Shown here: in pieces, positions 39,213 to 51,839 of the stretch
How the letters are laid out: the number at the start of each line of letters is the position of its first letter
Numbering within the stretch: the first letter of the stretch is position 1
Assembly (NCBI RefSeq): GCF_006345805.1
Contig: NC_043004.1
Span: 65,782,001-65,846,000, forward strand
Source of the DNA: Octopus sinensis
Taxonomy: Eukaryota
Direction of reading: 5' to 3'
Length of the DNA: 64,000 bases
Notes under the pieces: model-generated
What the model saw: the letters and a program-made list of their open reading frames with translations, nothing else
The model's database searches: none
What the model was told of the DNA's origin: nothing
Translations under genes and position numbers: made by a program

Positions 39213-40060
39213 GTGTGCTTATGTGAGAGGAGAAATAAAAGCAAACTAAAAGAGGGAGGAAGAAGAGAGGGGTAAAGAAAAACATATCAACGAATGAAGA
39301 CCATTGAGATCGTTTGTGAATGAGCGGACTATTCTCTGCGCTCTAGGACGATACTAGACACACACATTTTAAGCAATAAATAAAAGACGAATATTAATCG
39401 AGTATGGAACATCCATCAACACCTCCAATATTGGCTCGATGCTATGTTAATTAACAGAATAGCAGATGTCATTTCATTCCAGAACGGATCTGGTGAATGC
39501 TTAAAGATCTTCTGTCCAGGACTGTCCAGTTAAGCAGGTGGTCAGAGCAGCAATAAAAACGTAATTTTCGCAGGCGTTTTCAATAGAAGACTGAGGAGAT
39601 AGAAAAACCAATGAATGCACGAACGAAATGAAAGGATGAGACATAAAGAAGGAAAGGAAAGAAAGAAGGCTGAAAGGAAAAGGGAAAGGAAGGAAGGAAA
39701 GAAAGAGACGTGTGATGTCTCTATGCTTTGATTATGTCTTTTCTCTGTCTTTCTTTCTTTCTCTCTCTCTCTCTCTCTTTCCCTCTGTCTCTCTCTTTGT
39801 GTGTCTCCCTCCCCCCCTCTCACTCTCCATCTCTTTCAGTGTAAAGGCGATTTACAACTACAAAGACTGTCGCCTTGTTGATGGAATGAATGAATGAGAG
39901 AATGAATAAATGAATAGAATAGATTAGAATAGATGAGAATGAAATATTGGTTTGCTCTTGTAGAACAGAATTCAATAGTTGTTCCTATGATGCTAGGTAA
40001 TGCCATAAAACACACACACACACATAAATATATATATTTATATATACATATACAAGCATT

Positions 40061-40094
<34 letters not shown>

Positions 40095-41169
40095 AAGAGA
40101 GAGAGGGAGATTGATAGCATATTGGAGGGTAAGGTACAGGGAACTCTCTTGCTTGCATTTATTTTGTGTATGCTTTTATCTAAATTTTCTGAGCAAACAT
40201 ATTCCGGGTGTCATTTTTCTATCTATTTATCATTCTATTCCCATCTTTATCTATTAATCGATTTATCTTGCCTTAAATCCATAAATCGTTCAGGCAGTCA
40301 ATATATCTACATCTACGCATTATATACATGCGTGTGCCCAGTGAGTTTATGTAAGTATATATGTAAGTTTATATATATATATATATATATACATTGTATG
40401 TATGAGTATGTGTACAAAAAACTATGGATGTATATGTTTGCATATATGATTGTATGCAAGTATATGCATCTGCATATATATATATATATATATACAAAAA
40501 TACAAAGAGCTACGTGTATCATTACGCGTGAGGTAAGTGTGTATATATGTATGTGTGTGTGAGATATAGAGAGAGAGAGAAACAGAGACAGAGAGAGGTG
40601 GGGGAGTGCATTGAATATTGGTGAATATCGCTAATTATTATTACAACGTAACGCAATCGAAACCTTTGTACATCAACACAATTGCTCGCAAGGAATATTT
40701 CATTGCTTTCCACATATGAGATCAGTTTTCCTGTGACCTACATCTTCCGGTTTTAATCCATCTGTGAACCTGTCATTGAAACCGATCGATCGAAAATGCC
40801 AATGTAATACGTTATGCGATGGCAATGCCTTTTAGCGTTTCCCAAAATACTGTCCATTACAAACTTGTCAAGTTAAATATACCTCGATTTGTAAAACAGG
40901 GAAATAAAAGAATGATAATCCCTAGGGTCTGTGCAGCATTCATGATATTCTAGAAATGTCTTGAGAAATAGATTTGCCCTTTTCATCAGAATGTCCTGTA
41001 CCCAAATTCGACCTTAATTCTGCAAAGATCGACTCCATTCTATTGGTTTTTGAAAGTAATTATAGCTATGAGAATAGGACAAAGAACAGACACGCCTCGA
41101 TACACCCCCCCACACACACAAACACACACACACACACACTTACATATAATAATATAATGATAATGTATA

Positions 41170-41510
41170 TTCTTTGATTTAAAGCGACATTTATACATAA
41201 ACAAATTGAATGAAAACTGATGAGCTAACCCTAGCCAGAACGGAGCCCTCATATCAACACTTACATGGTTACATAGACGCTTTCTCTTCATAACTTACAA
41301 AGCCTTCTGTTTGTCGCCATGATAGATCGTTAGCCATTACACACATTTTTCTCTCCTTGTTTCTCTCCTTGTTTTTCTGTGTCCCTCTCTGTAGAAGAGC
41401 GTAGGCTCGAAACGTAAAAGACATTTTTCTCTTCCTGAGCGTCATACTAATACATCTCTTTGTTTTGTACACCACCTGAGTTCGTCCTTTGTTTTTTCGT
41501 AAACTCTCCC
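41170..41510 (+). repeat. Penelope-like terminal-type sequence with two degenerate hammerhead-like motifs
   Basis: CTGATGA-GCT-aaccct-AGC at 41217-41235 (GAAA broken); ctgtagaa-GAGC-gtag-GCTC-GAAA-CGT-A at 41389-41416 (atypical core). Confidence 0.35.
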
Positions 41511-41518
41511 TATATATA

Positions 41519-41603
41519 TGCTATTTTTTGGCTATAACTCTCTAAAAATGCTTATATAGTTATTTCCCTTACAAACCCGAGCAACGCCGGGCGATACTGC
41601 TAG
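41519..41603 (+). mobile_element. Helitron 3' end only (left arm of the perfect palindrome)
   Basis: cccgagcaacgccgggcgatactgCTAG|T; no upstream Helitron body. Confidence 0.8.
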
Positions 41604-41631
41604 TACATATATATATATATATATATATGTA

Positions 41632-42025
41632 CTAGCAGTATCGCCCGGCGTTGCTCGGGTTTGTAAGGGAAATAACTATATAAGCATTTTTAGAGAGTTA
41701 TAGCCAAAAAATAGCAAAACGATGCATTAAAAATGGAAAAAAATTATGGTAATATTTTTTAAAAATCGTTGACTCATCGTAGACATTTTTAGAGAGTTAC
41801 TTCCCTTATATAATAGCGAAAAATGCATTAAAATGGAAACAAAATTATGGTAATTTTTTTTAAAATCGTAGACTCATCGTAGACGCGCGCTAATACCCAG
41901 AAGGGCTCGATATGAATCACGACTATAAGATACCCGGTTTTGGTTAAACTGCACCGCAAAATGTGGGAGTAGTTAGGAATCTAAATCGTAGGAGACAGAC
42001 ACACAACCTTACTTTTATATATATA
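41632..42025 (-). mobile_element. Non-autonomous Helitron with an internal tandem duplication of about 100 bp
   Basis: 3' hairpin plus CTAG at 41632; 5' end tatatataaaagtaaggttgtgtgtctgtc near 42020; duplicated block ttttagagagtta...gactcatcgtagac. Confidence 0.8.
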
Positions 42026-42399
42026 TATACGTATTACATGTATACATATATTATATATGTTTTCATATATGCCTGTGTGTATTTTGTGGTTTGCGTGTGT
42101 ATGTGTGTGTGTAAATGTGTACATGTCTGCATACATACTCATAATTGAAATGTGAGATATATAATTATGTTTGTAGTTAAATATGTAAATATACGTGCAT
42201 ATGCGTGTTTGTGTGTGTGTATGTATGTATACATGTATGTCTATATGTAGTTACATTATAATACACAGACGCATTCATTATTGCGAAAAGAATTAATAAA
42301 GCTGTATAGTACCAGTAGCTATTAAACCTTTCCACACTTCAAGAACTCACAGACTATTGCATCGTTCGATTTTTTAATATTTCTATTATATGCTAGGAA

Positions 42400-43190
42400 A
42401 GACCAAACTGCAATTGAAAATTCCTTGATTGAATGAAGACACATTCCAACATGGTGAGAGATTTCTGTTGATACTTCCTGCAAAAGGCGCCCATCGTTGA
42501 CACAAAGGTAGTGGCGTTCTGTTCTACTGTTTTTATAACTGAAAATGCCAAAGTTTGGTACAAGGTCTTCCAGATGTATATCCCTTCATATATTTCTCGC
42601 CATTGCTCTTTTAGTCTCTCCTAGTAGCTGATATGTCGCATTGGGTCAGACTTCTTGTAGCTTCGCTGACTCGCCTCGAGTTCCGTTGTTAATTTTGCAC
42701 TGCTTGGTGACCAGAGTTGGGAGCAAGTATTCCAGAGGGCTGAGAAGAGATGTTCTTCGGAGGACTATCACGCATTCCTTTTCTCTTGTTTTGAAAGTTC
42801 GAAGGATCCATTCGGTCACACGTCTGTATTTTATTGCTAACTTGGTAGCGAGCACCTAAAAGATGCATCATTACCCATGTCGATGCCGAGGCTAATTGCT
42901 GATTTTGGTTCTGGAACTGGGATCCCCCCTGAATCGGTGCATCCTATTCGCTTTACATTGAACTTCCTATGTTGGTATGGCAGTGGTTGCATGTTATTTT
43001 CGTCAGCCCGCCTGTATATTCCGTACAACTCACGCAGTAGGCGCACAACGTCTACTGGGACCTGTATCTTCCGAGGGATTTTGGTATCGTCTACCTAGCT
43101 ACCAAAGATGGCTACTTCAGCAGCTGAGGGCCTGTCAGAGCGAGTCACTATTAATAGCAGCTGCTCCAGACCAGTGCCCTGTGAAACATG
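42400..43190 (-). pseudogene. Old CR1/L2-like RT remnant
   Basis: Minus-strand pieces: VDDTKI...LYGIY..ADENNM (FADD region), SLGIDM.NDASF, and RRVTEWILRTFKTREKE...LSPLEY. These parallel the 4786 element. Confidence 0.75.
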
Positions 43191-43290
43191 ACACATATAT
43201 AAAAAATATACATACACCAACCCTCCTTATATATTTATATTACATTTACATATGTGTTTCTGAACATATATATGTATATATATATCTATC

Positions 43291-44304
43291 TCTCTATATA
43301 TAAAACTGAGAATGTGTGTCTGTCTGTCTGTCTGTGTGTGTGTATCCCTAAAACTTGAGAACTACACAACCAATTTCATTCAAATTTTACACATACTTTA
43401 CGTAAGGTCCGGGGAGTGTCATCGGCAAAAAAATGTTAACTTTTTCCCTAGGCCGACCTCACAGCAATATCATATCTTCACTATTTCAGTATTACGTTTT
43501 AAAAGTGAAAGAAAAACATCTCTCTTTTGTAATGCAGACACTTTCATTTTAATACTGAAACTAATAAAGTGAAAGTATTATATAACAGGAATGAACCATT
43601 AATAGTGGTCATTATTTTTGCTAGAAGATCCGCTATGGTCTTATATTCTACACCACTGGTTTTCAATTCATATTAATCAAATTAATATTCAATTTTTCAC
43701 CCTTATTATGTGTGCGTGTGTGTATATATTAGCAATTCGTATAAAATTGCATCAATGACTTGAACTTGAATAAGTGGTTTCACATAAATGGAGATAAATT
43801 AAAAAGGTTTGTTGTTATTATTATTACTGTTTGACTATTGTAATCACGTTTGTTGGTTCCTCGTCAGAGAAACGTTATTGTGTTGTCTTTGTTAAATAAT
43901 TGCAAACCGTAACCCTCCCCCTTTCGGAGAAGGGGCTTTGGTTATTGTTTAAAAATTGAATTTTGTCCCTGTTTGGGGAAATTGACAATATTTTCACCGT
44001 CTTTACGGAAGCATTTTTGCTAAAATGCCTTCGATAGAAGAAAGTCCAAAAATGATTTTCGCTGTAGCCGTACACTTCTATACATGAGGGAGGACAAGAT
44101 CCTATTGATCGAAATTGCTAGAGACGGGCCTACAATTCCAGTCTGTTATATATTTTGAGTATTGTTATCACTAGCGATATCAAGATATAACTTTGTATTT
44201 TGTATTTTATGTGTAGATGTATATATATATATAGATGTACATGTAATATGTACACATATATATACACATATATACATGCATAATATATCTACCCATACAC
44301 ACAT

Positions 44305-44343
<39 letters not shown>

Positions 44344-44876
44344 GGGGCAGGTGTGGCTGTGTGTTAACAAACTACGTTCCAAACACATGGTCCTGGGTTC
44401 TTTCTGGATGTGGAAAAAGTGATGACGTCTTTATTCCAAGAATTCCTCTTACTCCATCAGGAGTAGAAATTCCATTTACATTCAGAAGACTGCAGTTCCC
44501 CCTTCGTGTCAGCTTTGCCATGTCCATTAACAAATTTCTGGGTCAAACCCACTCTGTGGCTGGTCTTCTCTTGGAAGAGCCCTGTTTCTCGCATGGTCAA
44601 CTGTATGTTGGCTGCTCAAGAGTAGGAACCAAAAGAAATCTTTTTGTATATGCTCCACAAGGAAAAGCAAGGAATATTTTTTACGACGAGGTGTTATAAT
44701 CTCAACAGCCAGGAGGTATATACATGATCCCCTTTTTTTTAACAAACTTCATGTACTTTCATGTATTTATATTACTATACATATATATGTGTGTGTGTGT
44801 GTATCCATATATATATAACAGAAAAGTCTAATTCTTCAATTGAATGTAACCGGGCAACGCCGGGTATCTCTGCTAG
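43291..44876 (+). mobile_element. Composite Helitron: family 5' end and body, microsatellite, SINE B head, RepHel C-terminus, Helitron 3' end
   Basis: The 5' part is shared with 30883 and 58666-59432. The 3' end is ccgggcaacgccgggtatctctgCTAG|T at 44850-44877. Confidence 0.65.
44400..44699 (+). pseudogene. Helitron RepHel (PIF1-like SF1 helicase) C-terminal fragment
   Basis: DVFIPRIPLTPS...PFTFRRLQFPLRVSFAMSINKFLGQT...CFSHGQLYVGCSRV: helicase motifs V/VI (consensus FAMTINKSQGQ, HGQLYVALSRV). Confidence 0.92.
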
Positions 44877-44950
44877 TATATATATATATATATATATATA
44901 TACATTTATACATATATATACATATGTACATATATATATACATACATTTG

Positions 44951-45034
<84 letters not shown>

Positions 45035-45043
45035 CATATGTAT

Positions 45044-46012
45044 CGGTTTTTGACTGAAGATTGAAGGCTTCGAATGTCACGTCCATGTTTTTCGTATCGT
45101 CTTCTAAATGTTTTGCGTTCTTGTCCCAGTTTGTATTTTTTTACATCTACAATTATACATAGCGACGCCCGTACCCTTTTTGGTCTTGTATGTAAGTACA
45201 TATTTCTTTAAATTTGGTACGACTCTATAACACTGTCTCTCTCTCCCCCCTCTCCTACATTTCTCTGCTTTTCACATTTTGCACTCCACTTTGATCTGTC
45301 TCTTTCTCTCTCTCTCTCTCTCTCTTCTCCTCCTCCTTTTCTCTTTTCTTGCCTCTGATTCTTTGGTCTCCTCTTCCCCCACTCTCACATTTCTCTGTCT
45401 TTCTCACTTTGCACCTCACTGATTCTTTCGCCAAGCCAGTCCTTTCTTCTCCCCTCTTTAATTCCTTCTTTCTCTCTCTTTTACTCCCCATTGGTGCATT
45501 TGTCCCTTTTTTTCTCTCTCTCTTTGATTCCTTTGCTCCCTTTTTCTTCTTTTTTTCTCTCTCTTCTCCTCTCACGTGACCGCCGGTCAACCATCCTTTC
45601 GGCTTCTGACCACCGCCACGACAACATCGCTTTCTTCGTTGCCGCAAAGGCATTTTTTTTTCCAAATACGCCAGCTAACCTAACTTGAATTGTCTAAAGT
45701 CGTAAGACACCCGCTGTTTTTGTCCTGTTTTTGTCCTGTTTTTGTTTTTTGTCTTTATATTCGCTTAGGCTTCGTCCGTTTTTCTGTCCTTGTTTCGTAT
45801 ACATTCGATCCTTTTTCCAAGAAATCTAATGCTCGTAGCTTAGTTTTTCCTCGGGGCTGGCCGGATCGGAGCGATCTCAAGATTAATCAGCCGAAATTGC
45901 GAGGATGAACCGGTTCTTGACTGAGGATTGAAGTCTTCAAATGTCCCGTCCATGTTTTTTGTATCGTCTTCTAAATGTTTTGCGTTCTTTTCCCAGTTTG
46001 TATTTTTTACAT
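45044..46012 (+). repeat. About 100 bp direct repeats (45044-45146, 45911-46012) flanking a pyrimidine-rich interior
   Basis: cggtt.ttgactga.gattgaag.cttc...gtccatgtttt..gtatcgtcttctaaatgttttgcgttctt..cccagtttgtatttttt occurs twice, 867 bp apart. Confidence 0.75.
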
Positions 46013-46020
46013 ATACATAT

Positions 46021-46192
46021 CACGTGATCACGTGACCGACCAGACCATCATACGTTGTTACACATCGCTGGCCACAATGCGTTCGCATTGTTTTTTTAGC
46101 CTTCGAATGACGCCACCCCGGTGGCTAAGCGAGCAGGCCAACAGAAGAAAGAGTGGGAGAAAGAGTGGTGAAAGAGTACAGCAGGGATCACC
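46021..46192 (-). mobile_element. SINE with A-type body and G-type tail
   Basis: gagaaagagtggtgaaagagtacagcagggatcacc matches the A body (34360-34390); the tail matches 28400-28523. Confidence 0.8.
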
Positions 46193-46483
46193 ACGTATAT
46201 ATATATACGTACATATGTATATATGTATATACATGTATGTATATATATATGAATATACATGTAGATATATGAGAGTGTGTGTACATATGCAAGTAATTAC
46301 TTTTATGTGAGTGCGTAGGTGAAATCTTGTGGGCAGAAAGAATGATAGTGTATTTATATCTTTTATCTTCTCCTTGTTTCAGTCACTACGATGGTACTTA
46401 TTCTATCGTTCAGTTCTTCGAAAAGCGCTCAGTTACGGGGACGTAAACATAGCAACAAAGGTATCCAATATATATGTATATAT

Positions 46484-46715
46484 AAGGCTGCGAGCTGACA
46501 GAAACGTTAGAAAGCCGAGCGAAATGCTTAGCGGTATTTCGTCTGCCGCTACATTCTGAGTTCAAATTCCGCCGAGGTCGACTTTGCCTCTAATCTTTTC
46601 CGGGTCGATTAAATAAGTATCAGTTACGCACTGGGGTCCATTTAATCGACTGAAACCCTTTGTCTGTCCTTGTTTGTCCCCTCTATTTTTAGCCCCATGT
46701 GGGCAATAAATAAAT
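46484..46715 (+). mobile_element. SINE family C monomer (tail type 1)
   Basis: aaggctgcgagctgacagaaacgttag...ttgtctgtccttgtttgtcccctctatttttagcccc. Confidence 0.88.
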
Positions 46716-46738
46716 AAATATATATATATAAATAGACA

Positions 46739-47280
46739 GAGGCGTGGTTGTGTGTTAAGAAGCTTGCTTCCCAACTACATGCTTCCGGGTTCAGTCCCAC
46801 TGCGTGTCTTCTTGAGCCAACCCAAACCTTGTAAGTGGATTTGGTAGACGGAAACTGTAAGGAGCGTCTCGTATATATATATATGCATCAGATGAAATAA
46901 AAAGAACAGAACACAAAAGATGTCGCGGTACACGTGTTTCAAGACTTATAAAACAACATATTCTTACATGAATGTATAATCGACATAACAGATAGTTTAA
47001 AGTTCTCTTCAGCCGCATGCAATTGCTATACCAAATACTTCCATCACATTATGAAAAAAACGAAAATGTACATTTTGTATTATCTATAATGATGGGTATA
47101 TTGAGTTTCACTGAGAAAGTAAGTTTGTAAATCTTCATAATCAAAAATCCGTCCATACTCTATCATCAGTCAACATAGAGTCTGTGTTCAATTTTTTATT
47201 TCATTTGATGCATATACACTCTCACCACTGCTACTAGCTGGCATATACAGGTGCTTACACTTATCAAGTATTCACCCTGA

Positions 47281-47333
<53 letters not shown>

Positions 47334-47590
47334 ATATGTATTTCTCTGTGTGTGTGTGTAAATATATATGTATATATTTATGTTTGTCTTTTTGTCAGTG
47401 TTTGTCACCCTTCCCTTGACAACCGATCTTAGTGTGTTTACGTCCTCGTAACTTAGCGTTTCGGCAAAACAAACATATAGAATAAGTACTAGGCATATAA
47501 AGAATAAGTCCTGGGTTCGAAATTCTTCGACTAAAGTGCGGCGCTCAAGCATCGCTGCAGTTAAACGATTGAAAAAGTTACATAATAAAA
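46739..47590 (+). mobile_element. SINE B split at its internal microsatellite (5' half 46739-46880, 3' half about 47360-47590)
   Basis: The halves match family B, with about 400 bp of unrelated sequence plus (TA)n between them. Confidence 0.7.
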
Positions 47591-47595
47591 GAATA

Positions 47596-47638
<43 letters not shown>

Positions 47639-47830
47639 TTGTATGTGTATATGTGTATGTGTATGTATTTGTATGTGTATGCATGCGCGTATATGTATGT
47701 ATATGTATACGTGTGGGTGTGTGTATGTGTGTATATATGTATGTATTTATGGGTGTACGTATGTATGTATGCGGATATGTGTATATATATATATATATGT
47801 ATATATATGTATAATATATATATATGTATA

Positions 47831-47882
<52 letters not shown>

Positions 47883-48336
47883 CATGTGTATATGTGTATA
47901 TATATATGTGTGTATATATATGTATGTATGTATTTGTATGTAGGTGTATATGTATGTGTGTATATATATTTGGTGTATATGTATAGACTAGTCTTCTAAG
48001 ATCGTAGACATGAATCTGTAGGTACGCGTACGTATGTGTATATACGTGTATGTATGTAGATGAATGTATGTATGAATATAACGCGTGCGTGCGTGTATGT
48101 GTATGAGTGTACGAATGAGAGTGTGTGTGCGTGCTAATGAGTGTGCGTGCGTGAGTGAGTGCTTGTGCTCAAGTAGAAAGATAAAAGGGACTAGCTGTTG
48201 TAGCTAAGATGCTTGTGACCAGCGGTCAAAGATAACAAAAGTAATAAATGAAGATAATAAAATTAAAATTAGGGAATGGGTTTGTAATTGTATGTATATA
48301 TGTGTGTATGTGTAGGTATGAATAGGTACACATATG

Positions 48337-48381
<45 letters not shown>

Positions 48382-48595
48382 ATACATACATATATGTGTA
48401 TGAATAGGTACACATGTGTATGTATATGTATGTATATATATATATATATGTGTGTATACATACATATATGTGTATATGTATATATGAGTATATAGGGACT
48501 TGTGTGTTGTGTGTGCATGTGTGTATGTGTGGTCGTGTGTGTGTATATATACATGTGTGTGTGTATATGTATATGCATGTATATGTGTATGTATG

Positions 48596-48628
<33 letters not shown>

Positions 48629-48647
48629 GTAGATACATGTATGTATA

Positions 48648-48682
<35 letters not shown>

Positions 48683-48770
48683 GGGTGTGTGTGTATGTAT
48701 GTGTGTATGTATATGTGTGTGTGTGTGTGTGTGTATATATGTATACATATGTGTATAGGTATAAGTGAGA
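47590..48770. repeat. Large degenerate (TA)/(TG)/(TATG) microsatellite field
   Basis: Direct reading. Confidence 0.85.
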
Positions 48771-49123
48771 ATTTCCTTATTTACCTAAAACTCTATTCCT
48801 CTATATTTTTTTAATTTTTAATTCTTTTTTTATTCTTTTATTTATTCTTCTATCTAATTTACCACTGACTCCTTGACCACTCCCCCAAGTATGATTTTTT
48901 TGCGCTATGCCTACCCCCAAAAAAGTCCCCCACCACCACCCCTATAAACCTGCCTAAATGTATAAATGCCACTACAATTCTTGTTAACTAGCTTCCTGAA
49001 GATTTCTCTTGAATGAAACAGTTCTAGTCCTGTAGAATCTCCTTCTATATAATAAATTAATTTTACTCTGCTATGTATTGAGTACCTTATTTACTGTGGT
49101 TAACCCCGAATCAACCCGGGACC

Positions 49124-49170
<47 letters not shown>

Positions 49171-50323
49171 CAATAATAAATATTAGGGAATAAATCCAAA
49201 TTTACAGGAAAAAATCAGATTTAGGATTGAATCCAATTTTATAGTAAAATATAATATAATATTAATTAGAGACAAAACCACTTTTTAGAGACAAAACCAA
49301 GAAAGACTTAATCCAATACATAAAAATTTTTATATATATACATAATAAATATGAAAACTAATTTCTGTCTTTCAGTGTGTCGCACTTTGACACCTTCTCT
49401 CACTCTTCAATGACACTACTAGTGTTCCTCATGGTGGGATGAGAGTGATAGTAGGCATAGAGACGGTTAGTGCGGTGGCGAAGACAAAGAGAAAGAGAGA
49501 TATAAGGAAACAGAGGGGGAGCAAAAGAGAGACAAAGAAATTTAGAGGTAGTTGATGATGTTTTATTAAAAGTATTAGTGTTGATGGTGGCAGTGGGAGT
49601 AATAATACGAGAGAGATAGGGAGAGGGGGAGAGAGAGAGAAATAATAGGGGGAGAAATAGGGAGAGAGAAATAATAGGAAGAGGGAGAGAGAGAAAGCGG
49701 GTATGTGAGAGAAAGATGGAGAAGATGTAGAACTTTGTTTAACCATGTCTCTTTGACAGAAATTCTGGTGGCCAACATACTGAACCCTGAACTAATATAC
49801 TGAACCCTTTAACACAACCCATTCAGCCTTTTGCTTTATTTTTTGCTTTCTTTAATACAAACACAGACACAAACAGACAGACAGATACACATATATACAT
49901 GCACATATACTAAATAAACTTTAATTGAAATACAGTTTCTCCAAAATTAAGCATATTTAGTATAATATACGTGACATTTTACACTTTTTTTAAGAACAGT
50001 AACAATTTTTTATAATGTTAGGCCAACTCTGTCAGTAAAATTAAAACATTCCAGGCCGAGCCGGCACCTGCAATCCTGAGATTTAGGATTCCTATGTTTT
50101 CATTATTGCGATGGTTTTCGATAATTATTATTCATGATATCATGCAACGAAAATGATTCTCGTTAGGACATAACTCTGGGGAAACAATTGCGACAAATTT
50201 TCCAAAACAAATCAGAGATCTGTTTGCATATCTTCACATTCGGATTCAGTCGCATAAATGGTATATACTAGCTTAAAAACCGCCCGATATTATATATATA
50301 TATATATATAATATATATATATA

Positions 50324-50534
50324 TTAACCGGTGTTGTTCAAACGATGAATAGCCTTCGCGTAAATCATTGGTTCGTTTTGTTCTCTTACTTTATTATCAT
50401 CTTATAATCATGTCATAATAATGACCTTTATGACTCGTATTACTACCTCAGTCAATCTAAATGTATATATTTGTCACTACCTGTCATAAATAGCCTTTTT
50501 CTATTTGCAATATACATTTTCGTTGATATTTTAC

Positions 50535-50601
<67 letters not shown>

Positions 50602-50637
50602 TATATAATATATAATATATATATATATATATATATA

Positions 50638-50688
<51 letters not shown>

Positions 50689-50924
50689 TATATATATATA
50701 TATATATATAGGGGTAAAATATCAAGGAAAATGTATATTGCAAATAGAAAAAGGCTATTTATGACAGGTAGTGACAAATATATACATTTAGATTGACTGA
50801 GGTAGTAATACGAGTCATAAAGGTCATTATTATGACATGATTATAAGATGATAATAAAGTAAGAGAACAAAACGAACCAATGATTTACGCGAAGGCTATT
50901 CATCGTTTGAACAACACCGGTTAA
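50324..50924. repeat. Long inverted repeat: 214 bp arms with 1 mismatch around a 173 bp (TA)n spacer
   Basis: 50324-50537 versus 50711-50924. The only difference seen is ttttcgttgat versus ttttccttgat. (TA)n also flanks both outer ends. Confidence 0.95.
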
Positions 50925-50969
50925 TATATATATATTATATATTATATATATATATATAATATATGTACA

Positions 50970-51135
50970 CGATAGGCTTCTTTCATTTTCCCTCTACTAC
51001 CTTCACTGACAAGACTTTGGTCGGTCCAAGGCAATAGGAGAAAAAAATTGCGCCCGACATGCCACGCTGTGCGACTGAACCCGGAACGTTGTGGGTGAAA
51101 AGTAAGCTTGTAACCGAACGGCCACGCCTGCGCCT
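50970..51135 (-). mobile_element. SINE B 5' half only
   Basis: Head and CORE-like part, ending at (TA)n next to the palindrome. Confidence 0.75.
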
Positions 51136-51839
51136 ATATGAAATAATCAGCGAGATGCATGTGAATGTATTTCTTCCCGACCTAAAATTGTATTAGCCCT
51201 GTAAGCTGAATGAAACATTTATTTCATTATGTATCTGTGTTGGCCAATATTATTTGTATTGTCACCGTTGAAATTTTGAAGTATACACGTGAAAAACAAG
51301 GTAATCTCGTAATAAAGGAAAACTATATCAGCTTATTGATTTTAGTCTTGTTTATATAATTTCATCACAACAAGATAATGTTATAAATAAATATTTTATT
51401 TGGGTAGGAGGTTTCTAATTACGCATTATACATATTTTAACTACAGTACTCTGAAATGTCCATGCTACTGAAGCGAATTACACAAGTCTACGGACGATGA
51501 AAATCATTGATATTTTTGGATCAGATCTTTCGAGGGCATTCTACATTTATCTGTTTAGCTTATGCGTTAAAATTTTACTTCCATGCATGTCACATGCCTC
51601 CCTTTCTCACACGAAAGTACATGTATGTATATATACTCGCATTCATACGTTCAAATTTATACTTACACACACACGTTGAAGCGTTTTGAAGAATCTTTCC
51701 TTGTATATACGCGTCTGTGCCCATCTATCTATCTATCTGTCTGTCAGTCTATCTAGCTATCTGTCAGTCTGTCTGTCTGTCTAGCTTTCTATTTCATTAT
51801 TTGTCTGTTTGTCTATGTATGTATGTATCTATCTATCTA

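Noticed and set aside
39470-39545. Possible exon after tttcattccag
   Set aside because: All three frames hit stops and the donor is poor.
40510-40540. Strong splice donor GAG|gtaagt at 40533
   Set aside because: No plausible acceptor or coding exon upstream; it is embedded in microsatellite.
45255-45665. 136 aa K/R/E-rich ORF
   Set aside because: It is the reverse translation of a CT-rich low-complexity tract.
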